Source of the DNA: Lama guanicoe
Taxonomy: Eukaryota
Direction of reading: 5' to 3'
DNA length: 64,000 nucleotides
Assembly (NCBI GenBank): GCA_013239625.1
Contig: MU054323.1
Coordinates: forward strand, 14,450,029-14,514,028
The notes beneath the pieces are model-generated. The model did not search any database and was not told the DNA's origin. It saw only the letters and a list, made by a program, of their open reading frames with translations. Position 1 is the stretch's first letter. Each line of letters starts with the position of its first letter. This document shows, piece by piece, positions 1-12,500 of this stretch. The position numbers and the translations under genes were made by a program.

Positions 1-84
1 TTTAAATAATTGCCTAAAATTACACTGACAGTAAATGGCAGAGTAGGAATTTAAAAATGGGAGTCTAGTCTAACTTCAAAGCCT
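1..84 (-). mobile_element. MIR SINE fragment
   Basis: Resembles the reverse complement of the MIR core (…aattgcctaaaattacactgacagtaaatggcagagtaggaatt…ctaacttcaaagcc); recognised from memory. Confidence 0.65.
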
Positions 85-689
85 GATTTTTTAAGAGACA
101 TTTTCTTCCTTAAGTCCTCTTGCCCTCATTTCAAAAAGCAGTTACTCAGTTAAACAATGAGCTAGTTTTGTCTAAAATAATTCTGAAACTGTCATAACAA
201 TTTAGAGTTTGAACTGGTAATAGGTAATGCTAAAAAATATGTTATTACTCAGGATCCTTTGACCCCTTTTATCCTGGGTGTCCTCCAACATCTTTAACTG
301 CCTATTTCATTTATGAATCTCTGAGCTTCTATAATGTCATCTGCTAAATTACATAATGGGATTTGAATCCTTCTAAGGTCTTTGCTGATGTAAACATCTA
401 TTTTTCTTTTCCCTTGCCTGGTTTGAATTCTTATATTACTCCCTTCTAGCAGGAAGTATTCTCTGAATTTATGCCTGGCATTATTTTCATATTTCTTGTC
501 TCTAACTCTCTTGTTTATTCTTTCTCTAACTCCACTCCAATCCAATATCTTCATCTCTCACCTCTTCAGTAACAATACCTAAGTCTTTGTGTTGCACCAT
601 CCTAAAACAACACACTAAGTACTCTGTTCGTTTTCAAATCTGTACTTGTTTTTTTATAAACATTTCTACAGTTAGTGCCACCACACTTC

Positions 690-910
690 TTTTACAGTTC
701 GCTTTGTTTGCATTCTGCTTTCCCTCTCTTCCACTGCACTTGAAATTGCTCTTTCAAGTTCAATAATGGCCTATGAAATGCTAAATCCAATGTTCTTTCT
801 CCTATGTCAGTTTATTTTACCTTTTTGAGGGAATTAGCATGGTTAGTCTCCCTTTCCTTTTTAGAAATCTCTACTCTTTTGGTCTTGCAATTTCCTAAAT
901 CTCCTCCTAA
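690..910 (+). mobile_element. LINE-2 fragment, degraded
   Basis: ccactgcacttgaaattgctctttcaagttcaataatggcc…gctaaatccaatg resembles L2 ORF2 consensus. Confidence 0.55.
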
Positions 911-1021
911 ATGCCTTACTATCTGTTTTAAATAATCGTCATTGAGTTATCAGTTCCTACTTGCTCCTTCAAATAAAGGAGAAAAGAAGGCGGGGGAACA
1001 CCTATGGATGCGTACTGTCTC

Positions 1022-1465
1022 TTGTGGAAAGAAGCAATGACCATCTAAATGAGAATGTACAGTACATAACCTGTTTATTCAGAGCTTGCTATAGCAACAA
1101 AATCAGCCACCATCACTTGTGTTTGGCAGAGAGTCAAAGGTAGGCCGGGGGATGGGAAAGCTTTGCAATGGGGGAAGAAAAGTAACCCTTCAGGTATGCC
1201 TAGATTGCAGGATGCTGACATGGGTAAGCTAGAGGTGGGCTAACTAGAGATTCAGCATCCTAGGGAGCATATTTGGTTTTCTCTGATTGAAAGTAAGGAT
1301 GAGGGAATAAAAATTTGGGAAGCTGGCAGTCGCTGACCAAGTCCTGAATATTTGGGAAAAATTGCTACAGTAGTTGTAGTTTGACTTCCCAGAATAGTGG
1401 CTACAGGATTGTGCTCATAGTTCTATTTTTCACATGATCTGGTCACTGTTCCATTGTCTCTCACC
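1022..1465 (-). mobile_element. Solo LTR, MER31-like (ERV1)
   Basis: Motifs tcagccaccatcacttg, ggcagagagtcaaagg, gggaaagcttt, gggctaactaga, gggagcatatttgg, ccaagtcctg occur in MER31 order. Confidence 0.65.
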
Positions 1466-2239
1466 CTAAACTCCAAAAGAAGGCTACTTTTAGAAACTAG
1501 CTCCTGCTTCTGGTCCTGGCTTTCTACAGCAGACCGTGTGTCTGCTGGTGAGTGGGGCCTGAATAGATACTCTGCTTTCTTAAACTTCTTCTGATAGGGA
1601 CATGTGATCACATGAAGAAGGGCCTCTCAAGTGTATGACAAGGCCATTTGGTTTCCACAGTGGTTTTGAAGGTAGATGCATAATTTAAAATAACAGTTTT
1701 CCAAATATTTAATTTTCCTCCTGATCTACACAAAGCAAACTGTTCCTTAGAAAATATACTACTATTCCATCTCCATTTTCACTTCTTTTTCTCCAGAATA
1801 ATTTCACTTTTCTTCTATCCTTTAATATCTGCTTCACAGAGAATAATAGATTTTCATTCTGAAATCTAGTTTGTGTCACCTGGACCAGGTAAACCACAGT
1901 GATTCGAATCAAGAAGCAGATAAATCATGTGTGATTGATAAAGGAGTTATATGCTGGCAATGGAAAGTGAATTACAGTAAAGAATAATCGGCTCTGTCTA
2001 GGTAGAAGGCAGGTATCATGGGGCTTAATGCTATATAAATACGAAGTCCTGAGATTTTAGAGTTTTATGCTGTATTGCCATAAATCATGACACAAAACAT
2101 TTCTGTGTTTCACAGATCATGCACACACACATTCCTTTTCAGCATTTGACAGGCATATTTCAAGATTCATTAAGCTAGCTTCTGCTGTTCTTCTGTAAAC
2201 AAAATGTGTCCTGCTTTATGTACCTCCAAAGAGAGGGCA

Positions 2240-2290
2240 GAATTTTGATTGTTTTGAGTGTACGGTTTTTGTTGTTTCTTAAATAAAACA
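2240..2290 (+). repeat. 51-bp direct repeat, copy 1 (copy 2 at 3968-4018)
   Basis: Ungapped manual alignment gives 46/51 identity. Confidence 0.9.
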
Positions 2291-3049
2291 CAATTGATCT
2301 TCTGACACACCAAGACATGACAAATTTTCATCTTTGAAAATAAAATATTACAAATATATTCCAATTGCTCTATTATATCATCTCCTGGTTACATTCTTCT
2401 TTAGCACCTTCAGAAAAACAAGTAGAAAGTATCTTGATAATCCGTATTTATTTACCATGCCATGTGTTTATATAATTTTTTCAGACAGATGTATATATCT
2501 AAAGAATATGCAATGTTTTTCTATATTTCAAAATCTGATCTATTGGTATCATGTTACATGAATGTTTTTAATAAATGTCTCTTTTTGTTTAAAATTTTTG
2601 AGATTCAACTCTATTAGTGTTTATCTATAAATCAAGGACCTACATAAGCATCCTCCCCTGCAAATTTATGTATGCATTTGGCCTCTTTGTAGAGGCAAGA
2701 ATTCTTATGTTTGGTGTCTGGTACAGTTCCTTTTGATGAAGTTGTGATCTGTATTAAAAACTATCTTTTCTTGCATTTTATGCAAAAATATATGAATCCG
2801 TCTCTTAATGTAGGAGGTGTCTCTGTTTATGTTACCATGCTGTATCACAGACTAGAACCTTCAGTTATCCTTAAATTACAATTGAGTCATGAGCACTGGA
2901 ATCATGAGACTGGAAACCCATCTTATATCTGACTGAATAAATGGAATTTCTCTTTTGTTGTACCTTAAGGACCAATTTAACTATCCATTAGTGTGTGACT
3001 TGTGACAAAATAGTCAGTTGTCAATGTGTCATTTACTCTTGATGCTATA

Positions 3050-3945
3050 AAATTAATCAGACTTTTCTTCCCCAATTCTGTCTTCCTCTTTTTTTCCCAT
3101 TTCACTAAATGACACCACCAAACTTACACTTGTTTAATTTAAAACCTTACAATTAATTATTGATTTCTCTCATTGCTTCAATTTCTGTATCTAATCAACT
3201 AGCAAATATTGACAATTCTATATCCAAAGTGTATCTCAAAATGGACCATTTTTTCTCATCTTCATTGTCACCATTTATCTAGTCTATACCTCCTTCATCT
3301 CTCTGATGAGTTACTTCAGTAGCCTCCTAACTGATCTCTGTGTGTTTACTCTACAATTATTTTCTATAAACTGTGCAAGAAAAATCTCTTTTAAATAAAT
3401 CATGTTTCTCTTTTGCTTAGAGCCTTCTAATATACATATCAAGGCTATGGGGTCCTGGAAATAAGAATCTGCTTACTACTATAATGTTATTTTTTACTCC
3501 TCATCTCATTGCTCCAATGTCCAACCAAGCTGGTATCCTTTCTTTTTCTCAAACACATTAAGCTTGTTTCTGTTCTGGGATCTTTGTTCTTACCTCTCTC
3601 TGCATAGCGAGCTCTTCTCCCAGATCTTCTCATAAAAAGAGCCTTCTTTTCCCCAACGCATTCAAAGCTCATTTGTCATCTCCTCAACAAAGACTTTCCT
3701 TACATACTTTTTAAAAGCAACATGTTCTCAACCCAATTTGCTATCACAGCAGCCTCTTTTACTGTCTTCATAGATTCTCACCATCTGAAATTTGCTGTTT
3801 ATTTTAGTTATCCTCGTTTTGCCTACTGCACTTCCACCAAGTTCTAGAATCTACTAGAGCAGTAACTTTATTTTTATTCTGTTTCTTGTGTCTAGAGGTG
3901 TTACCTATTATATAATGATTCTTAATAACTCTCTGGGAGTTAATT
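3050..3945 (+). mobile_element. LINE-2 3' region, degraded
   Basis: aaatgacaccacc, cagtagcctcctaactgatctc and other L2-like blocks in order. Confidence 0.65.
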
Positions 3946-3967
3946 AAACCATGTACAAGTTTAGATG

Positions 3968-4018
3968 GAATTTTGGTTGTTTTGAGAGTATGGTTTTTGT
4001 TGTTTTTTAGATAAAACA
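3968..4018 (+). repeat. 51-bp direct repeat, copy 2 (copy 1 at 2240-2290)
   Basis: Ungapped manual alignment gives 46/51 identity. Confidence 0.9.
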
Positions 4019-4143
4019 GTTTAACTAGGCAATTTTTCTTGATTTAAGTAGAGGGCAAGAACTTAGATCAAGTTACATTTGAGTTTCCCTTTGGAATCGC
4101 AACATAAACAAAGCAGAAAACAATTCCTCTACTTGCCTCTGTC

Positions 4144-5697
4144 AAGACTCCACACCCAAAAGTTTTTGGGTTCATTTCTGGGCTCTCTGTTCTGTTCCAT
4201 TGGTCCATATGTCTGTTTTTGTATCAATACCATGCTGTTTTGATTACTGTAGCTCTACAGTATTGTCTGAATTCTGGATGAGTTATTCCTCTAGCCCCTT
4301 TCTTTTTCTTCAGTAATGCTTTGGCAATTCTAGGTCTTTTGTGGTTCCATATAAATTTTACTATGATTTGTTCTAGTTCTGTGATATATGTCGTGGGTAA
4401 TATGATAGGGACTGCATTAAATCTGTAGATTGCCTTGGACAGTATGACCATTTTAACAATATTGATTCTTCCAATCCAAGAGCATGGGGTATCTTTCCAT
4501 TTTTTAAAGTCTTCTTTAATTTCCTTAATCAGTGTTTTATAGTTTTCCTTGTATAAGTCTTTCACCTCCTTGGTTAGATTTACTCCTAGGTATTTTATTA
4601 CTTTGGGTGCTATTTTAAAGGGGATTGTTCCTTTACTTTCTTCTTCTGTTGATTCATCGTTAGTGTAAAGAAATGCAACTGATTTTTGAACGTTAATCTT
4701 GTAACCTGCTACCTTGCTGAATTCTTCGATTATTTCTATTAGTTTTTGTGTGGACCTTTTAGGGTTTTCTATATATAGTATCATGTCATCTGCATATAGT
4801 GAGACTTTTACCTCTTCTTTTCCAATTTGGATCCCTTTTATTTCTCTCTCTTGCCTGATTGCTGTGGCTAGGACTTCCAGGACTATGTTGAATAGGAGTG
4901 GTGATAGTGGACAGCCTTGTCTTGTCCCAGATTTTAGTGGGAAGCTTTTGAGTTTTTCACCATTGAGTACTATGCTGGCTGTAGGTTTGTCATATATAGC
5001 TTTTATGATGTTAAGATATGTTCCCTCTGTACCCACTTTGGTGAGAGTTTTTATCATAAATGGGTGTTTGTTTTATCAAGTGCTTTTTCTGCATCTGTTG
5101 AGATGATCATGCAGTTTTTGTCCTTTCTCTTGTTGATGTGATGTATTACATTGATTGATTTGTGTATGTTGACCCACTCTTGTGTCCCTGGGATGAACCC
5201 CACTTGATCATGATGTATAATCTTTTTTAAGTGCTGTTGGATTCTATTTGCTAATATTTTGGTAAGGATTTTTGCATCTATGTTCTTTAGAGATACTGAT
5301 CTGTAATTCTCTTTTATGGTGGTGTCTTTGCCTGGTTTTGGTATCAGGGTGATGGTGGCTTCATAGATTGAGTTTGGGAGTATTTCCTCCTTTTCAGTCT
5401 TCTGGAAGAGTTTGAGAAGGACTGGTATGAGTTCTTCTTTGTATGTTTGGTAGAATTCCCTGGTGAAGCTGTCCAGTCCTGGACTTTTATTTGTAGAGAG
5501 GTTTTTTTATTGCTAATTTGGTTTCATTTCTAGTGATCGTTTTGTTCAAGTGGTCAGTTTCTTCTTGATTCAGTTTTTTAAAAAAAAAGTTACACACATG
5601 AATAATAGCTAACTATACAGTAGTATCTAATTTTACTAGGGTCTGAAAGCTAATAAATTCAGCTTTTTCTTTGGAAAAAAAAAAAAAGACTCCAAAC
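4144..5697 (+). mobile_element. L1-mediated insertion: TSD, inverted L1 ORF2 segment, A-run, ~86-bp unique (transduced) sequence, poly(A), TSD
   Basis: TSD aagactcca[c/a]ac at 4144-4155 and 5686-5697; AATAAA at 5652-5657; poly(A) at 5675-5687; internal A9 at 5580-5588. Confidence 0.8.
4156..5577 (-). pseudogene. L1 ORF2 reverse transcriptase fragment (inverted part of the insertion above)
   Basis: ORF 4224-5057 has QGCPLSP and YADD; colinear with about 39958-41378 of the full-length L1; frameshift near 5068. Confidence 0.95.
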
Positions 5698-5879
5698 TCA
5701 AGTTATCAGTACAGATAGGCTGGAGAAGTGGTTGAGGGTTCTGTAATGACATACTTTCATTTCTTATTAAGTTTTTTGAGATGCAGTAAAGCCTTCAATT
5801 GAAGTTATATTGTAGAAAAAAATCACAGTAACAACAAAACCATAAATTTCTGAGGACTTAAGATTGGTAAGGTGTATGA

Positions 5880-6130
5880 ATGAATAATAAATCATTGCTG
5901 AGAAACATGATAGCGGAAGACTTAAATAAAAGAGTCCTATTTCCTATGGAAAACCGAATAAGTCTGATAAATCATCACAGATTTCTTTTAGGTTTAGTGT
6001 AATCTCATAAAACTATAAATTGAAATTTAAAATAATTGGATCAAAAGATTTAAAAATTTTATTAAGGAATTCACAGGAAGGGAATAATATTATAACAAAA
6101 GTCAAAAGGGGAAACTCATTATGTAATTGG
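5880..6130 (+). mobile_element. Ancient L1 (L1M-type) ORF2 fragment
   Basis: cattgctgagaaa…gaagacttaaataaa is a degraded match to the L1 ORF2 LLREIKEDLNKW region. Confidence 0.45.
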
Positions 6131-6329
6131 AAAATTTAAAGCACTCATAGTGGAAAATAAAGGACTAAAGTATCAAAGAAAAATTATTAAAAACTACAAA
6201 AGAAAAAATAATAATAGGTAATCAATGTATTAAAGTATCAAACCCAATAAAATCAAATAAGTACTAATGAAAAGTTAGATGATCAAATTATCATATTGGT
6301 TAGGACTTGAGTATTCATAAGTTTCTTAT

Positions 6330-6830
6330 CACTTTTCCATGATTATTCTTGTATGTCTACATCTATAGATTCTTGAGTGAAACTTTTTGAAATATATACC
6401 TAAGAACAGATATATTGGGTCATAAGTAAGATGACTTATGCTTTCTGCTTGCCTGGAACAGACTTGGTTTATGTTTATTGTCTCAGAATAAATATAAATA
6501 GCATCTCCTTTCACTCTCCAAATTATATGTTCATGCTAACCACAGATTATGTGTATATTTAAGGATTAACTATTTTCAGAATCTCTTCAGAATAGCTGCA
6601 TCAGTCTACACTTTTCAGCACTGTGTCAGAATTTCTATATACTGACATCGTTGCCAACACAAGGCAATGTGTAGATTTCTAATTTTTCTTGCCAAATAGA
6701 TATAAAGGCCAGCTTATTGTGGTTTTAGTTTGTATTTTGTGATTACTAATAAGTTTGAGTATCTCTTATTATGCTTATTAGCTTTATAGATTTCCTATTT
6801 TATATATTTTATGTTTGTATTATCCACCAT
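6330..6830 (-). mobile_element. Ancient L1 (L1ME-type) 3' ORF2 fragment
   Basis: tatatacctaagaa…gggtcataagta; ttattgtggttttagtttgtattttgtgattactaataagtttgagtatct is colinear with 39175-39465. Confidence 0.7.
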
Positions 6831-9361
6831 CTTTTTACATATGTTCTTCAATATCACTAGTTGCTTTTCATAATTGGAAACAAAACATTAGCTTCTAAGA
6901 ATTAGCTGAATATTAAAGCCATAAAAGCACTTAAGTCAATTAAAACAAATACTGCTTTGATAATAGAATTCCACTCTAGCTTTTTAAAAGTAGATTCAAT
7001 AAATGATTTTTGGTTCTCACATATGACCTTTATGCACCTCCTACCTGACCTTTTTTCAGATATTCATACATTTTATTTAAGTGGACCAGAAAAGTTCTTA
7101 CCTGGTTCCATTATCCTTTTGGCATTTCATTTGAAGCTAGGGAGCACAGCAAATAAGGAAATGGAAAAGATTGCTACAGCCTTATCTTAGAATAGACAAG
7201 CTAATTCTGGACATGACATAAGTGACAGAACTATCCATATGTAGCTGGATTTGATCATCTGTTGGATGTCCTTGTTAAAGTCAGCTTCTCACAAGAGATT
7301 TGAGTTAACCTCTAAGAAATGAAATGTAATTTCAAGCTCTCTCATTCAGACTCTAAGACAGTAGTTTTTAAAATAAGGTTCTATGAATTTTGTGTGATTA
7401 CAAAAAAGGATATCTCTTATCCTTGTATTTCTTTAGAAGTTAATTATAAAAATCACCAGATAAACAAATTTTAATCTCATAGGTTAGATCATTAGAACTT
7501 TCCAGTGTCCTATATCTCTTCTAAGTCATGTCACTTTTTTTCAAAAAATATGTTCACTTTTTCAAGGGTTAACTTAAAATTAATGCATAGTGCAATTAAA
7601 TACTTTTTGTGTTGTAAGCAGTGCTATACTTCAAATTCAAAAAGGTACCTTTAAGTGAGTGATCTTATTGGCCTTTTTGACCATTAAGATTATACTCAAG
7701 AGATGTAAATAAGAAATTGGCATAAATAATCAATGTAACCTTTCTCTTGACCAACAACTGAGGAAATATCTATTCTGTTTTTCGTTATGCCACATCTTGA
7801 TAGTAATTTTATATTATTAAAAAAAAGTCTTAACAGACTGTTGGATGGTCAGTTTTTTAAGTTTAGCCATCTTAATGACATTAATATTACTTCCCTGTGG
7901 TCTAGATTTATTGCTGAGCAATCAGTCTTCAATATGACCCCAAATTCCAAATTAAGCATGTTATGCTCAATTTGGTAGGGCAATTTCAACACTGCTGGTA
8001 TGGGCACTAAATTTTTGTCAGTCTCACTCTGTGTCCTTGGTCAGTTCATTAAATTTTCAGGTGGATGAGTATCTTCCTCTATTAAGTAGATATTCTACTT
8101 GTCAAGAATGGAAGAGGAAATAGCAAATTAAAAATATGAAGGGCTTTTTAATGCTAACTAACAAGTATGAAATAAATGGTAAGTCGAACAGTTAAACCTT
8201 GATGTTTGCACTACATGACTATCAAAAATAGTTACAATGTTCATTTTACAGTTTACCCCAAAATAAGTTGTGTATACAAGACAAATAATACGGATAAAAA
8301 TTTGAGTCAGGATATAGACCAGGTTACTTTTAACTTTAGCCAGGAATAAAAAGGGAAGGATAGCTGATGAAAAAACCTTGGAAGAACAGCTCAAGATATG
8401 ATATTATTCACTAGGCTAATGACAATAATTATGAACATATGGAGTAAAAAAGTTTTTGACATTTTTTTAAATACCCAGGTGAAATTCACGTAGTTAGTTG
8501 CTTAACCAATTACACACTTTCTCCAAAATAATCTGATTCTGGTTCCTATTACAATCTCTTCTTCATTCAAAATATATGTCCCACTTCCAACACCCAGCTC
8601 CAAGGTTAGTTCAGACTGGTCTGAGAGTACGTGTAAATGGTGGTAAAATAATGAGTTTCGGAACTCCAAAAAAAAAAAAAACAAGTTAATGGCATTTCCC
8701 TGGGCACAAAAATGGGCATGCAACACAATTTATACCAATTAAAAAAGGAATACTTTGCTGGGATATATGTGAAATAAATTTCCTTTTAGAAGATAGTTTT
8801 TAAATGAACCATCATAAGAAGTAGAATTTTCTCTTTATTTTCAACTGTGTCAGGATATCATGGTGTGTGGTTGTAAATTGTGAAGCAGTTACAGATATTT
8901 GCCATGATGAGAGATGCTAGCTGGAAGCTGAGAACAATACAGGGAAAAGAGGATATGGCACAGACATAGCAAAGAGTTGGAGGCATACTTATTGGAATTA
9001 AGCCACACAAGGCTAGAGATTTAGATAATGGAGTATATCTGTGTGTGTGTAACTATATATGCATGTACATTGAATTCCAAAATCACCTAATATATAAATT
9101 AGCTGGTTAATGTTATGAATAATCAATCATTCAAGAACAAAACTAACTTTTTATAGATGATTTTTTCCAATACAAATTATGATCATCAAATGAATGCCAT
9201 AAAATGTTGATTTGCCTACTCAGATTAAATAAGTCAGTAAGCACTGCTGATGCCAAGATCTTTTTGATCTCAGCACCCCATTTCAGAAGTTAGGCACGAC
9301 TTCAATAATGTTCATGATTATATGTTTACATTTGTATAAGTTGAACATAATAATCCGTTAC

Positions 9362-9506
9362 TAGAGTTAGCAGATCTGACCTCTGCTCATTTCTTAAAAC
9401 TAATGTTTTATTGGAATAGAGGCACATCCATTTATGTATATACTGTGTAAGGGTTTTCTTGAGTTATAATAGCAGAGTTGAGAAGTTGTGCTCAACACTA
9501 TAGGGC
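9362..9506 (+). mobile_element. MER58A-like hAT DNA transposon relic
   Basis: gttttattggaatagaggcacatccattt…agcagagttgagaagttgtg matches the MER58A core from memory. Confidence 0.65.
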
Positions 9507-12500
9507 TGACCCATGCTATATAGCATTCAGTATATTTCAGTGCTCTTTAGTGAAATTAGTGTGTTAGATTATAATGAATATACTAAACTTCCCTATTATA
9601 TTTTAATTACTTGATATTTTAAAAGCAAATGAGTTTTTGTTTTTCTTAGTTTTTGAAAGAGTATAATGAAAACTTGCAAGATTATGTTTAGATAACTTTT
9701 TTTTTTTACAGTTCACCAGATTTGAGTTTCTGTTCACTTTACTCTGTTTATTATTTTGTTTTCCTTTCATTTGGAAAAGCTTTTCATGCAATTGTGTTCA
9801 GATACTTTAAAACAATGAGGATTGTTCTGATGAGAACAACCATGTGTATTTGTACATGATTAGTTTATTAAGTTCCAAATGACAAAGAAAAAAAGAGACA
9901 GTTAAAAATCTTAATTTAGGAAAGTAAAATCTAAAATAAGAGAAACAAGAGTGGAATGAACTGGAGAGATGTCACTTATTTTGACTCAAGGGGCTAGAAT
10001 AAGATAAAAGTATTCAGGAAAAAAATTAATAATTTAGGAAAGACAGTCTGTGTTTCACCATGAGATCTTTGACAGATTGTACTTGAGGTAATCTGACTAT
10101 ATGAGGACTGTCCCAGCAGTCAGGAGGGGCCCTCAGGACCTTGGAGGCAAAGTTGAAGGGATAAAAGAAAACGTTTATTTCATCATGGCCCTCACCTTAA
10201 CAGAATTCCTGATAGTTTACTCTAGGGCTCTGTATAAGTAGGTTTTACTATGTTGGTACAGTTCATAGGACGAGGCATATATTTCTTGTTGAAGCTTAAC
10301 TACATGGAAACTTAATGAACTTATTTGAACATAGGTTTATTATTTTATTATATGTTACCAGGGACCAAACTGACTGTTTTTTGGTTGTGACTGAACCCTA
10401 AAGCATATATCCTAGAACCTCGTAATTAAACTATCAATGGAGATTCTTCTGTGGAATTCTTTTTTGACAAATTGTCACTGACAAACACTTTGAATTATCA
10501 GTAAGACTAATTCATTAGAGATATATAGTATTCCATCCTATACCATAATGTTTTACACATATGTGGGGGAAGAAATACTCTCATTTTATGATATTATTAT
10601 TTATGTGCATATGGAAACTCGATAGTATATATATGAAGTCAGTAGCACTATTTTAAGTGCTTAGTAAATTTTGACTATTTTAGTATTATGTTAATTAATT
10701 ATGGTATGTTTGTATGATACTTTAACAGTTTACAAAAAAAGATATATATATATAGGTTTTCCTCAATATAGATATATAATTTTTCTTTTATAAAAACGTG
10801 TGAAATGAAAACAGGTGATAGTACAATCAATCTTTCTAGGGAGAAATAAAGTACCGGGTTTGTCATGGTTCTATGTGTGGGAGTGGGGGAGCTGCATTAA
10901 ACCAAACAAACTGACTCCTCTTACTGTGTACAGTGCATACCATGTATCTCCCTTTCTCTTTTTTCACAAACTCAGTCCCAAATTTGCACTCTCTTTCGCA
11001 TTTGATCTTATATTTCCATCTCTATCTTCATTAACAAAAAGCAATAGATTATAATAAGATTCTAATAGGTCTGATAATCTTGAGTATTTCTTCTGTCAAA
11101 TAATTAACACTTGACAATTAAAAATTTAAAATATTTATTAAGAATCTTTATTGTGCTTGGTAAAATAAAATCATACTTTTATTAATCTTCACAAAACTAC
11201 AGCTTTAGTCCTATGCTTCTGCTTTTCAATGATTTGACATGGAATTTAATTTGAAAAAATAAAAACTATGGTTCTTAGACTTTAATTTAAAGTGTTCTCC
11301 CAACCTGCATTTCCAAATCACCTCCTATAATTTAATGGGTTGAAACCTTCATTTTAGCTAATCTGTTTTCCTTATTACCTTCTAAATATATTTTTTGTTT
11401 TTTATTTTTATATTTCCTCATGTTTGGGATCACTATCAGTCTTCTTAACTGGTCTCCTCCTCTCTTACAGTGTTAACTGAGTACTACCCAAACTTGAAAG
11501 CCCAGTTCAAAAACTAACCAACATCTCTATAAAGATATTCCTGATTATAAAGACAGAATATGCCCTGGAATTGACTTCCTGAACTACTTATACATTTCAT
11601 ATATATATGGTATATATAAGGCTTAATATTATCATTGTTTCAATCAGCACTGTTAAGTATAGGTTAGGAAAAATTGTATCATATTACCACATAGTTAAAA
11701 TTCTTGATTTATGACTGTGCACATAATAAGCACAGGAAGTACTGAAGTGAATGTTAGAGCTTCTTGGTGTTTTCAGGCCTTACAGTAGCTCCAGTGAAAT
11801 GGTTAAAATAGATCGAGGTTTGACATAATCAAGAATTCTGGGAGCAACTAGAAAACAGTGTCAGGATTAATGCAGAAATCATCCCAGGTTCAGAATCCTC
11901 AGCATGATTACTGCTTGGAAGATAAGCTCTGGTTTTTGAGATTTTAGGCAGATCAACCTGCTTGAGCCTACCCTAAGATAAAAGTTTCATTAGTGAAAGG
12001 AAACTTGGGTTTTTTTTTTTAATGCCTTTGGGTGCAGAAATCATTTATATCATTCTACATGTATCTAGTACCCGTATCTGAAACGAATTCCCAGTAAAGA
12101 GACAGAGAACTCTTCAGAAGAACCAAGGTCTTCAGAATAATCACAATAGTTGAAAAGATTCTAGAATAAGTACAGATTCTAGAGTGTTCTCTTGATAGGA
12201 GCAGAGTGTTTGAATTAAGCATTTGCCTATAATTAATGAGTATATAAGATACCAAAAAATGTTGTGGCAGTGTTTTCATTTCTTTAAAGTAAACTTCTGT
12301 CCAAAATCTAAGCTGGAAAATCATTGATAAATTTTTTAAATAATTGGTAGCTACTCTATGAATTTTTGGATTAAATATTATTTCTCTATATTCTTAAAGA
12401 CCAGTTCTTTACAAAAAGAGTTTGACTAATATCTCAATAGATATGACTTGCTTTGGGGGCATTATAGACTGATAGAGAAACTATTTTTGAATTTATAATT

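Noticed and set aside
8653..8682. Small hairpin plus A-run resembling an intrinsic terminator on the minus strand
   Set aside because: Mammalian DNA, short stem, no TSD; consistent with chance.
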